In this document: piece after piece, positions 28,108-40,771 of the stretch
Position numbering within the stretch: the first letter of the stretch is position 1
How the letters are laid out: the number at the start of each line of letters is the position of its first letter
NCBI RefSeq assembly: GCF_002113885.1
Contig: NW_018404492.1
Span: forward strand, 4,125,609-4,189,608
Length of the DNA stretch: 64,000 nucleotides
Direction: 5' to 3'
From: Mizuhopecten yessoensis
Taxonomy: Eukaryota
Position numbers and translations under genes: made by a program
The notes under the pieces: model-generated
Told to the model about the DNA's origin: nothing
Seen by the model: the letters and a program-made list of their open reading frames with translations, nothing else
The model's database searches: none

Positions 28108-28664
28108 AGACGTTCACAGTTCTACTCCTGGAGATTTTAAAGATGAGTCAATTCGTAAGCTGCAAATGACTAAATTGTAAGACTTATTTCTTATGAACAT
28201 AGGGCCGTCAAATAAGAATTTCTAACCTTTCTTACCACTTTAAAGTCTGAGGTAAGCTAGTGAACGGTTGTTACTGCATTAGTTTTACCAACATATTATT
28301 TATGTTGTAGAAATCAAGCCAAATTACGAATGGTTATATTACATAACTGTATTACCGGTACCATGTTGATGGTATAGTATTTGAAACCTCTAATATCTAT
28401 AAAAAAAAGAGTCTATATTCCGTATTACATTCTTCATTAAATTCGCTAATGATATCATATGCAATACAAACCGTGTTGTTACAATATATATATGGATATA
28501 TAACTGCACTCTTTTCATATTCATATCTTTCATTGACATTTATTTAATGCTGACAATTCATTTTTTTTCCAAAATTAACTACAATGTAGTTTTCAATCAG
28601 TGGAAAAACTAACAATCATTATCGACCAGCTACACTTGTATCTCAAATTTTATGAATAGGAAGA

Positions 28665-28689
28665 TGACGTCACAGTAGTAATGACGTCA
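28665..28689. promoter_or_regulatory. Tandem full CRE palindromes (TGACGTCA x2)
   Basis: TGACGTCA at 28665-28672 and 28682-28689; TATAAAT at 28764-28770. Confidence 0.4.
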
Positions 28690-30898
28690 GGATCATCACT
28701 CTGTCACGGCTGACCTTGTTAGGTTTATGCAGGGGCAAGGCTACAGAGTAAATGTAAACATTGTATAAATATGTTCATCCTTGAGATTGGTTACTCAACC
28801 TCTGCCGACACTCCGTTTCACCGACTGTTTTGGGATTCACAGCCATCTGTTAACTCCAGTACGTATGACACAGACGATCTCATCGATGAAAATGACATAG
28901 AACAGGTGACCCCCTAATGTAATCAGTAGGCATGTGTGACGCATTAATCGAGATTGGACTGCTTTGATGTCGCTTTCAACATATAACTGATTACCCGGAC
29001 TGTTCTATTGTTGATCAAGCTCAGCTCAATAGTATTTCAACATTTACTGCATAATTTTCTAAACATAAGGACGTGCTGTTTACTTTATTCGTATTTTGTT
29101 TCAAAGGAAAAGCGAATAGAGCTTTTTCTTTGAAAAAGAAGACATTTCAAAATAAGGTATACATTTTTTTCGGATGACAAGGAGTTATGTTTGAAACACA
29201 TAAGACTAACCGTTCTTTTGAATACACCCTTTATTGATGATACTCTACTGTTCGTTCATGAAACGCGAGTTGAGACTGCTCTTATGAAGGAGACTATAAA
29301 CAATTCCGGATGCTTACATTCATAAATGACCACGGTATAATGCGATTTCGGGGCTACTCGTAGTAATTCTGGCAAGACTCGCTGTGCCCGGACCATTGAA
29401 TGGCTGATGGCACGTATACTGTACACATGTAGGGAGACTATTAGTTCTCTAAGCCTCTGTTCAGTAAGGTCGCCTGTGATAGCACGCTCTGCTTGTGAAG
29501 AATTCCCGAGTCATGTTTACCAATTTGGTCTGATGTCGGATACTTGTGATAATCACCATTACTCGGATTCCTAGAATTTACCGTTAATTTTGGAATAATT
29601 TTATTACCGATCGCGAAGGGAATCAGGTGTATTTATTTAGTCGTGTGCATAGCTATAAATCGTGTGACCTGTACGTTCGCCAAATTGCAATGGTTTTATC
29701 GGATTAGCTCTTGGGGCGTTGTGTATTAAATTCAGTTGTATTTCGTTATATATGAATAACCTATCTTCCTTACCAAAGATCAAAATCTTTGAATATTTAC
29801 ACTTAATCAGTCAGTTTGTCAGTTTTCATTCTTTTTTTAAACGTATCAATCAAAAATGTAAATTCAATGGAATCCTGCTGCGTACACATTTTTTCGACTT
29901 TCTTTGACATAAATTGACACTATATCTTGATGATCTTCATACAGTATGTATTTTGAAGGCTCGCCAATATAAAATCAATTTCCGTTTCTGACGTTGAATA
30001 TCCGGAAAATCAGCTGGTTTAAATATTAGACTACTACTGTTCTACGGGGAGTCAAAGCGTGCCAGAGCAACAATCCACCATACAGAGAATAAGCCAAGTA
30101 TGTGTCTAGGTGTATATTATTTATCAAAATATAAAATACATGTTCAAATATAGGAACGAGATGTTCGCCCACCTGTCAGACTACATTTGATTTGACATAG
30201 GAAGGGAACATGATAAGATTAGGTTGGATATATTTCTTGCTTAGGTTGCTGTTACACTGGGGACTTTGCTGAAATATCAAGTATGTGATAGTGACATATT
30301 ACTTACATGCCAAACGCAATGGAAGAAGTCGTGCTGCACTCCAAAATAATCCAGCCAATCAAGTTTGGTTCGTGCTTACATTTATGGAAGGTTTATTTGG
30401 TTTTAATTTCAATTTAATACCTTTAAAAACTTCATGAAATTAATTTGAAGAGCATTAGCTGTGTCCGTGTAACATTTCAATACCATTCGGTATGACCAGA
30501 TTTAGTTTATAAATCAAAGCACAAACACCACAAAACAGTTCTAATATGGTTGTTTGTAAGGGAGGGATTCAATTTATAATGCTAGTTGTGTATCGATAGC
30601 AACCAGATTAATTTGCATTTTGACGTCGAGTTTGTATTCTGATATCTGCATACCAGCAACAGTTAATGAAAAAGATATTCCAAGACAAATGTTCGGAATA
30701 GCATCAACTCACGTTGGAAGGTTCTGTTAATGACAACCATTATTAGAAATACAACATGTTTGGTTCTGTAGATACAAGGTTAGATCGATATGGGGTAAAT
30801 TGCCAATCTCCATTTTGATAGGAGATGCTGTTTCAAGTATTGCGTTCTGTAGATCTACATCATGAGGTTTAAATGCAGCGCAGATCTCTCTTGATGGG

Positions 30899-31067
30899 CA
30901 CGTGTAGTCGTAGGACACTAAAAGGCTATCTAAAGAAACGTATTTCTGCGTGTAGAGATTAAATCTAACTATGTAATACGACGCATTAAACACATATCTC
31001 GGCACGTGTCGTCACGTCACGTGTCATATATCTATATATTGCATGACATGTGTCATCACGTCACGTG
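30899..31067. promoter_or_regulatory. Cluster of four CACGTG E-boxes
   Basis: CACGTG at 30899, 31003, 31018, 31062. Confidence 0.4.
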
Positions 31068-31356
31068 GCATTCAAGTTACGTTACTATAATTTGAGTGTA
31101 CAACTTTGTAAAACGATGCTCCCATTTTGTTTTAAAATAATTATTATTGTATCATAATTACATGTGTGTATGTACCTAATCTTCACTGTACATTTGATCA
31201 GGTTTTAAAATATGCCATGTAAGGTGTAAAGCATATATTCTATTTATGCATTATAATTAAAATACACCTGTTATATATAGTTTTTAGTATACTTTAATGT
31301 GAGATACTAAATATCTCAAATATATCATTTATATAAAATGAGAACAATTATGCGGT

Positions 31357-31575
31357 GGCCGTGGGGCGCAGTAGATAGCAAACCCACCCTTCACAAATAG
31401 CCGGGGTTCGATTCCTCGATTGGACGAGAAATGGTATGGGTCACTGGCCCGACCACGTGCGCTTTATCCGGGTACTCCGATTTCAACCCACTTTAAAATT
31501 CCGTCCGCGCTAACATCCGGACCAAGGATGATTGTTAAAAGTTTGAATAACTTGTTTCACAGTTGAATTGATTAA
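31357..31575 (+). mobile_element. tRNA-derived SINE
   Basis: A-box-like GGGCGCAGTAG, B-box GTTCGATTC (31406-31414), and central CCGGGTACTCCGATTTC motif typical of conserved-domain invertebrate SINEs; 3' end approximate. Confidence 0.8.
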
Positions 31576-32693
31576 AAACGTATTTCTGACATTAGTGCAC
31601 TTAATTACCTTACCTGATCATGCTGGGTTCGTTTATATAATTCCTTGGGTCTAACGTGTAAGTCGGCACGTTCATCATGTATTAAATAATCATAATCCTA
31701 TTCCATAGATATCATACCATAAATATGGCAATTACGTATGTTCTACTAAAGGAGTGAGGGTAAGGATTAAATGTTGAAACAGACGTTCCTAAATTTATCA
31801 AAACTAAATGAGAATGTAATACAGGATTATAAAAAGTGATCCGTCCCCACAGGTTATTGAGAAAGATGTACGTACATTTTCTGCCTGTCTGTTTTGTTCG
31901 GGATTATTCCAACTTAATACTGCGCATTGGCAGTAACGATGTTACATGTAACTTCATTTTTTTTGTGGTTGTAAAGAATGGTTTCGTTCCGAAGACTAGA
32001 ATACACGGCTCCTTTTTTGCTGGTTCCTGGTTAGGAATTGTCATTTAAATAGCCTGATTTCATGTTTACTGCATTCCTCGGCGCGTTTCTGGCAACAATT
32101 GGAACTGAATATTAGATTTCAAATTCTAAGTTCCTTAATTTTACTAATTTGTGTATGTCTGGCGAGTCGTTTCTGCAAGACTCCTGCTCTCACGACACCA
32201 CATGGGCTGTAGTAAGTTTAACTAATTGAGATTGTAGCTTACATTTTACGACTTGTACTGTAGCGTTTCTTTGCTATTCCTGCAGCTACGTACACTTATT
32301 TGTCCAGTTCAAATACAACATGGGGTAGCCTGCTTGAGACATTATCATCATATTTTTTTTTATTTTTTTTTTAACACACGTTGCGATCTGTTGGACGCTA
32401 TATCTGTCTGCGATATTTGAAGATTATTTTATTTATTTATCTTACAATTAGTTGGCGTTTCATTGATCCCCACCCCAGGATGCACATCTACAAAGCCTAC
32501 ATCCTTATAGTACATGAAGATTTACTTTTCTACAAATCGTTCGTGCACGTCACGCTACGATATCTTTTCGTACCAGACGATTCCTGGTGGGTAAACGACA
32601 AAATGGTGTGTTTCGGTCACGAAGGGGTCGTCTCAACGATGAAAGGTTTTAAATCATTGTGACTCTAGTGTGTCCCCCGCGGTACTTTTGACC

Positions 32694-32770
32694 GCAGCTA
32701 GATAGCGGAGTTAAAGCTTTTAATCTTCGATTACGACCCTGCTAGTCTGAACGTACACCAGCTAGGTGCA
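32694..32770 (+). pseudogene. Degenerate tRNA-like sequence
   Basis: Acceptor-like stem GCAGCTAG/CTAGGTGC (7/8), D-arm-like TAGCGGAGTTAAAGC, TAATC-TTC-GATTA hairpin, disrupted T-arm. Confidence 0.3.
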
Positions 32771-34178
32771 GTTTCCATCACATGTCAACTCCGGTAGACA
32801 TAGGGGTCTCAAGTGGTGAACACGATTTGTAATGTTAATTGCATTTTCGTGCGGCGACCAAACCGTCTGTGATGATGTTCATTCTATCAAGCGACGATTG
32901 TTATTGTTTGGTTCAGAAAAGAACAGCAGTCAATATTTTCTCTACTTTTTCTGGTTCAGATGCCAATTTGATGATTTCTCCAAAAAAAACAATCGAAATG
33001 TCTAAGGTATTAAAGCATACTTTATTCATACATGTTACTGCTCTCCTGCACAAGCATTAATTCTGTGCTCAATCTTACTTCCGTGTAACTCTCTTACTTG
33101 TAAACTTTGAAAACGATATTCGACTTTCTTTCTCTCCTTGTTTGTTTTCAAATAATTGAAAAATGTGAACTTTTTATAATTCATCAACGGAACAAGACAT
33201 TGGAAACAAAATTTGAGCATTATAGCGATATGGTGAACAGGGGCCCTGTCCTCGTGCCATCGTTTCACATTTGTTTTCCATACGACTTGCGATGTTTACT
33301 GCTCCATTCCTTAACATATAATATAGAACGATAATCATCCACTGTAGAAAGCAGCGCAAAGTATTGTACACTAAGAAATTGATTGGAAGCCATATATCAT
33401 GTAACGTTATGATTGCTTTGGTTTGGTTTAGTCACATGCTTCATTACCAAAGTGTTAATTTAGGACTTTAGTGCCTCATTTTGTCTGTCATTCATCTCGC
33501 ATATCTCGGTATAACTTATTTATACAAATATGCAAAATATAAATGTTTTAGAACATTTTAATTATTAACAGAAAGAAATCACTCAAATCTTTTTAAATAT
33601 TTGACTTTGTGTGCAGTACATTCAGAGGTCTAGATCATTTTCAGAAAATTGTATTCTACCAAATTTCCCTGGAGAGTGGGGTTTGCGAAATCTTATCAAA
33701 GATTACTATCATGCGTATATGAAAACGACTTTTAGATCTTCTCACACGGGAGTGTTAAAGTTAAATTAAACCTATGGTTAAGACCACATATATTTCTACC
33801 AAAAGTTTATCGCCATCTTCGGTCTGAAAAGAAATAAATCGAAAAATAAACTTCATATAAAATGTATTGACATGATTTTTTCAGAAGTCCTTCTGAATGA
33901 AGTCCGGATCTACAATACCAACATATGTATGTCATAAAATCAGATATTAAATGAAGGATTTAAATGTTTCAAACACGTATAACCGCGATTAAACAAACAA
34001 GGCTACTCAGAATAAGTTGAGCTGTAATTGTATGATCATTTCGTTGCAATTTATTTGTCGAAGCATACTTACCTTGAAGCTTAGTTAGGAGTAAGAGTAA
34101 CCGTATAGGATCTAAGTCATGTATAAGTCGCGTCTGTGTTTGATTGGTATTCCTCGATATTGTGGACATTCATATATA

Positions 34179-35341
34179 TATTTACATTTGCATGGCATTG
34201 TCACTTTGTAGCCTCTTTGAAAGCTGTGTCGTTGATGGGACTTTAATTAACATGCATCATGAGACACAATTCTTAGCGTATTAAAACAACACTGACCGGA
34301 ACTACAATATCCAATATAGATAAACATGACGGCTGTTGAAATATCGCTGGGCATTGTGACATTTGACAATGCCATTGTAAATTTATGTTTAAAACAAAAT
34401 AAATAACACTTTTATTACAACGAAAACAAGACCAATGTCTGCAATATCGTACAAAATGCACATCGGTTGAAATCACCAATGCCGGCAATGGAAACAATTT
34501 TGACGCTCATGCAATCCTTACATGTATCAGAAATAGCGTCTGTTACACTGCACTGATCAACAGGGGTTCGTTACAAATGTCTGAAATACACATATTATAT
34601 AGACCTACTGACACATATGTTACAGACCTACTGATATGAGTCACATCACACATAAACATTTCAGACGAACCTGTGCTCCGTCGCAAGATCACTCACTTCA
34701 AACGCTATCTTTCACGCGTCTTGCATCCCCCATTCCTCAGTTTCTGACGACATATCGAATAACGAGAATGTTATAGAATCTACCGACTGTTGTCAGGTAA
34801 CCATACAATCAACGTAATGCATTCACGCCTGGATTCTTCATAAAATGAGCAAAGAGAAAAGTTCGAATTACCTTCCAAGAAAAACCTCCCTCGTGGAGGG
34901 CAAGGTCGGATTTACGGTGTTCACTGTATTTGTCCATGCGCGAAATTTGTTCCGGGGGAAAATCGAAACAATTTCAAATATAATTTTCAGCTCAGAGTTC
35001 TATTGATAAACTTAAAATCACCCTATCGACATATCATACGCAATTGTATTGATACTGAATTGTGGAATAAAATTGAAGTGTTTGTTAAAATTTTAAAGTA
35101 CTACTTTGTTTGACAATCAGCACGCGACAATACGCTGTCCAAACTATTGAACGAAATTGTGTGGACTGTCGATAAGGCGATAAATTTTAATTCTAAATAT
35201 AAATTAATATTTAAAAAAGAACATAAGAGGCAGAGAAAACGTAAATATAATTATTGAACTGTTTTTGTATGGTATTTATGATCTATTTGAATGACACAGC
35301 TTTGCAAGCAAACAACATAATGCGCGCTCAATGCTTAAATA
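34179..35341 (-). mobile_element. Non-autonomous interspersed element, copy 2 (~1.16 kb), inverted relative to copy 1
   Basis: Reverse complement of copy 1 body; same TATTTA...TAAATA ends; abuts a (TA)n run at 34173-34180. Confidence 0.88.
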
Positions 35342-38300
35342 TGAACATCAAAGTTTGGAAGAAGATGCCAACCTTAGGTTCTCTTGTGTTACCAATGTAA
35401 CAACTCGTTTTATAACCGAATACATGTACAATATACTAAAATTAGTATGAGTTGGACAATTATACTTTTCGTCTTCAACAACTCAACCTATAAGTTCACG
35501 TTTCGATTGGATTCAACGTTGTAATAAAAGGGGTATATGAATAAGCACTTGTCTTTACTAGGATTGAAATTCAATCATTTAAGAATCACTAACAATAAAT
35601 CTAACATAAACCTTCTAGCATTTTGAAGTGCTAATTATCGTCACCTCATTCTTGATACGTGTACGCCTATAATTCCATCACCAAAGTTGTTTGGTAGGGT
35701 GGGTGTCATTGAAACAAAGGCTTTTCAATGTTTAATATGAATCCGTAATTTTAAAATGTATACGGTATGCCATTTGTGGTGTCTAATATATTATTTTAGT
35801 ATGCTATATCTTCACTTCTTTCCCATAAATGCCTGACTACTAGGAATGCACAGAACTGTGTCAATGCCACTATTGGAGACGATACATCCTTTGTGTAATT
35901 TTTCCTCACTCTTCACTACTTTCCAACACATTTACAGCACCTCATCAGGTTTAACGAGAATCGTGTATTGAAGAAGAAGCAGGACGTGGCGTGTGAAAAG
36001 CTTGTTGATCATGCATCTGCTTTCATAGTAATATGCATGATATCAGATGTTTTCGCTAATATTCCTGTCCAAATGCACTCAAATAATGAAGTTAATATCC
36101 TCTCCAAAATCGATATTAAAACGGAATCGATAGATCAGACATTCAATAGGATTTTTAATTTTATTTGTTATATTTTTCTTCACCCATGAATCACTGATGC
36201 CAGTTTATAAAAAAAATGTTAACGATTTTAATTAAAACCTTCATTATACCACACACAATTCTTATCATGTGGTCAACCGGAGGTTTTAATTCTCCGTTAA
36301 ACGTCATTATATAACACAAACTGGTTGTGTACGCAGTATAATCGATGTTTTAATAAGAATATTTTATTTTTCATAAGCTAGCATAATGGTAAAAGTTGAT
36401 TGAGCTTCTTAGATTTTTGATATTGGAATCACACTTGTAATAAATTGAAGAAAGAACAGTCGATGAGCCATGGGGTACCAAATGTTCAAAGACCTCTTTT
36501 CAAATAGTGCATTTTCAATCATTCCTGTTTGCAGATCACACAGATTTATATTTTGGTACCTATTGATTTCCCGTCATGTACAAGTCAAATGAAACGTGGA
36601 TACATGCATTATATGTTAATTAGACACTACTTCAATTGCAACAGAAGGGGGAACGTGTGTTTCCGTATCATTAACCTTAGACTGCAATGGAGATCACAAT
36701 TAAAATATATATTTATATTCAATACAGCCAGTTGTAGTCAGGTCTCTAGGGGTTAGCCGTAACCAGGATGAACCGGTTTACATATCATGTGACCGGATGT
36801 GAAGGTACTATCGATATCAGTTAGTGCCGCCTACTACCTTGTAAAGGATGGCATAAAACAGACGGTGGTAATTCCACATCCATGTCGGTCGGTATCTGAG
36901 ACCTTTCAGTTTATGTTTTCATTGATTTGACATTTTCGACCATACTGATCTGTCTAGAAGTATCTGCTTTCAGCAACGTTGCCATCAAATGTACATTCCA
37001 TCTGTAACTGTCCGAGATGTCTTGCTCTAACCTAATTTGGTCAACCTAACTCAGACCACGTGCTCGGGATTCAATTGTAAGTTTATCTACACCTGTTCAT
37101 AAACTGGGATATAGAGGATCGATACAATGTATGACATGATGAGGGGTATCTATGTAAGCATCCCTAATGTCCTTTGACACAATTAGTGTAAAGGTAATTT
37201 TAGATGTTACGTCATCTGAGGTCATGTGCCTTTTATGTTTAGACAAAAACATGATTTTCTGAACATGTTGTCAATACAATTAAGTTCGTTAATCAGCCAT
37301 CTCTCGATCACGACAATATGGACGTTTGCTGTGTAGCTTTAACTTTTTCTCCGGCAGAACTCAACAAGACGATTAGATTAGACTTCCGTCCCTATCAAAT
37401 CAATGTCCTGACACTGATCGATTACGTCGGGTTATATAACACAGTAATTGGTTATGGTATAAATCGTCCCGGTCTACAGCTGTCGAGGACAAATTGCCTT
37501 TACTGACCGTCAGCTTCAAGTAGTTGCTGGAATTGGTCATCTCTCGGTTCTCAGTCAGTTATAGTTTGGCAAATGTCATGAACAAACACAGCGCTAATAA
37601 AGTAAAGAAATTGTACACAACATCAGATAGATATTCCCCTATCTGTGTTATATGAGTGATAAGTCGGGAGTGACCGATACTCAAGACCTTCCCGTTGTTT
37701 CGACGCACATCGAAAACCAATTCTAGTATTAATTCTTTCCTGTATCCTGACTCCGATGCCGTCTATTATTTGGCAGTTGTGTTGGTTTCACTGGTGTTCT
37801 AACGAAACTGTTGATGAACAATTTCCGTCAATTTGATTGGTTAAAACTTGAGTTTGTTGGTGCATTGTACGTTACAGAGGCGGTGTCGGTGCATTGTTAC
37901 TTGACATTGAAAGTCATACAAAGATGAGGAAGAAGTTACTACACCTAGATCTCGTTAGTCAGTTTTTATATTGAAGAAACGCTAAACACGTTTTCGTTAC
38001 AATTCATTTTTTTATTTTTTATTTACAAGTTACATGTAATTAATTCGAGATTGATAACCTTGATACACAGAAGTCACTTCTTTTGGAACGGCCAGACAAC
38101 ACACGAAAATGTAAATGTTTTGGCCATTATCAAGAACCAGGTGTTGTTACTGTGTGATTATTTATCTAGCTTTTATCTTTCAAGAACATTAGCATGGTTC
38201 ATTGAATGCACACTTTACACATTATTAAAATAGAATTAACCAGTTCTTCTCTTACATTTGAAATCCATATTAGAAGAGGTTTTAAGCCTCTCTCTTTCTG

Positions 38301-40711
38301 TTTTAGAAGTACTTTAGATCAGTTTAGATGTTCACCTTTGTGGTTCTAACATCACCGATGATGCCTTGAATGACGAAACAGCTATATGGTTCAGCGGAAT
38401 TCGTTTTGGCTTGCTGTATGTACTACCAGCTTTCAAGGGTGCATGTTTGTATCTTATGTCCATCCTTAGTGATATCACAAAGAGACAGCTTCGATAAGTT
38501 GTTGCGATGTCTGTCCGGATGCATACAACCTGAGACGTCAGGGTCTAACCTGGTCAAGATAGGTCTCTTTAGACTAAGTGTCATCGAAGAAACAATCCGA
38601 ATGTATCATCAATTTCAATGACACTGTCATTACAAACACTAGTTATACCGCAACCTGTTACTGCCTCCTCCAATTGTGTGGAATTTGTAAAAGCCCATCC
38701 CATTTTTACAGAAAATTTGAATGCTTTAAGTGACAGGATTTTTTAAGCTGGTTTTTGTTTATACCTGAACACTTCCTTAAACACTGTGGCGAGATGACAG
38801 GTCTTTGATGATATTGATAGGCGTCACGCTATGTGCTTCTTTATCAATCGCACACAAAAACGATGGATCTTTGAAAAGTATGATGTAGACGAAAAACCCT
38901 TAAAAATGTTGTATTTTAGCATGAAAGTTTTAGCCAAAGGTAGGTAAAGAATATGAATGTAAAGGCAGAAATATGACATGGTCTTGAGTAATACTGTACA
39001 TCCAAATGTAACACTGAGTACCTATAAAATCAATACTTCGATCATTCCTCGAGGATATTAGGAAGTCATGTTGTACCCGTTTTGAAAAGCGCCTCAAAAT
39101 GTCTGTTCCTATTTGAGTCTTTTTTATACGTTTACTCTTTCGTCTTGAGCAAGCAACTGATGACACGATTGAGTCTAAGAGTTATTGATTGCAGCAACAG
39201 AAAGGACAACAATACCATTATTTTGACATGGTGTTAAAAGCGTACCAAATATGGCCTCTGCTAGGAAGTCGGCTTAAACGCATCGAGTGGCAACACAACG
39301 CCGCTCCAACCTAAGTGCTAGTGAGCAGGTGTAAATGAATAATGGAAAAGCGATTAAGATTCTCATAATGTTATTAAAGGTGCTACCACGTAATACCTGT
39401 CATGAGAATGTGATGGATAGAGTCCCTTGGTACATACATACACTGTATAGAATGTTAATGGCAGTGAAATACGTAGAAACAAATATCATGTACTTTCACC
39501 ATAATCTTAATTGAAATTCTTACTTTGTCATATTCCAAACAGCCAATGTTTTCCAAATGGCATGAAAAAAATGCTTTGATAGCATATGTTCGCAACTCAA
39601 ACAAAAATGTTCCTCTTTCTTCCTCGTGCTAGATTATGCGATGTCCCCCATCTGTCTAACACCTTTACGTGGCATTTGCCGCTAATTTTTAAACGGTGGT
39701 GTATTCATCCGCTCGCTAAAAAACGGACAACCTGCATTTGCAATGTTATATTTTGTCGTTTAAGTGCTGCTGTGGTGTTATGTAATTCAAAAGATTGATA
39801 TATAAACATAATTTACACCGTGGAACATTTTTTTGTTCTCTAGATATCACAGAATGGAAAAATACATTGCAATGATACAGTATATCTGTATTACATTTTG
39901 TATAAACCGAAAAAATCCCACACGCGATTTAATGTCAAAACAAGCATATCATTTCCATTATAGAAACCAATGCTTTTTTTGTCGATGTTGTAACAAAAAT
40001 GTAACAATAAATCGGGAAAACTCCTATCACTCGGCAGTTTTCCGCAACGTATTAAAAGTGTTTTCGCCTACGATTTATGTATCCTCATACATACACGGTG
40101 TGATATTGGCAACGTTACACCAGTAATGGACACGTACAGAATGACAAGTGTATTAGAAAGCTTTGTCAGAAATCAATACAGTAGACACAGCATGTGATCA
40201 ATTCATGATAAAAAAAACCCACATTTCACACTTTTCAAAAACTATATGTAAAATAAACGAAAAAATTGCAAGAACTAACTTGTACATGTAATACATGAAA
40301 GAGCACGAATCAAATGTGTGTTTGAGAACATGTTATATGTCATAATTTAGTAATTCATCGATTGTGTTAAACATCGACTATTTACCCAGTTAGAGGACGC
40401 ATGAATAGTATTGGAAGCTGAATACGATTCTACCGAATAATATCACTTCCCAAGGCCAGATAATGACACAACACAATTATTTAATTAATTAACTTTGAGA
40501 CTGGCTGTTTTCAGATTAGCTAATTAGATTGAAATGTTCCCTGCCTCCTTGAAACATGCAGGAGACTACCAATCCTACAAAAAACGGGGCTAGTGTTTAA
40601 ATGTTGATACTGATGACTTTAAGCTTTAACTTAAGCTTGAAGTTTAATCACACAATAGCAGATATGGAAGTAGGACCGGGAAACATTGAGTGCGTGAAGT
40701 CGACATTATTA

Positions 40712-40771
40712 GTTATATCTGGGTTAGGAGGAGTCTATGAGCCCGTAGACCGCTCCTAACCCAGATATAAC
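40712..40771. repeat. Perfect 19-bp inverted repeat hairpin
   Basis: GTTATATCTGGGTTAGGAG (40712-40730) / CTCCTAACCCAGATATAAC (40753-40771); loop and flanks partly self-complementary. Confidence 0.9.
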
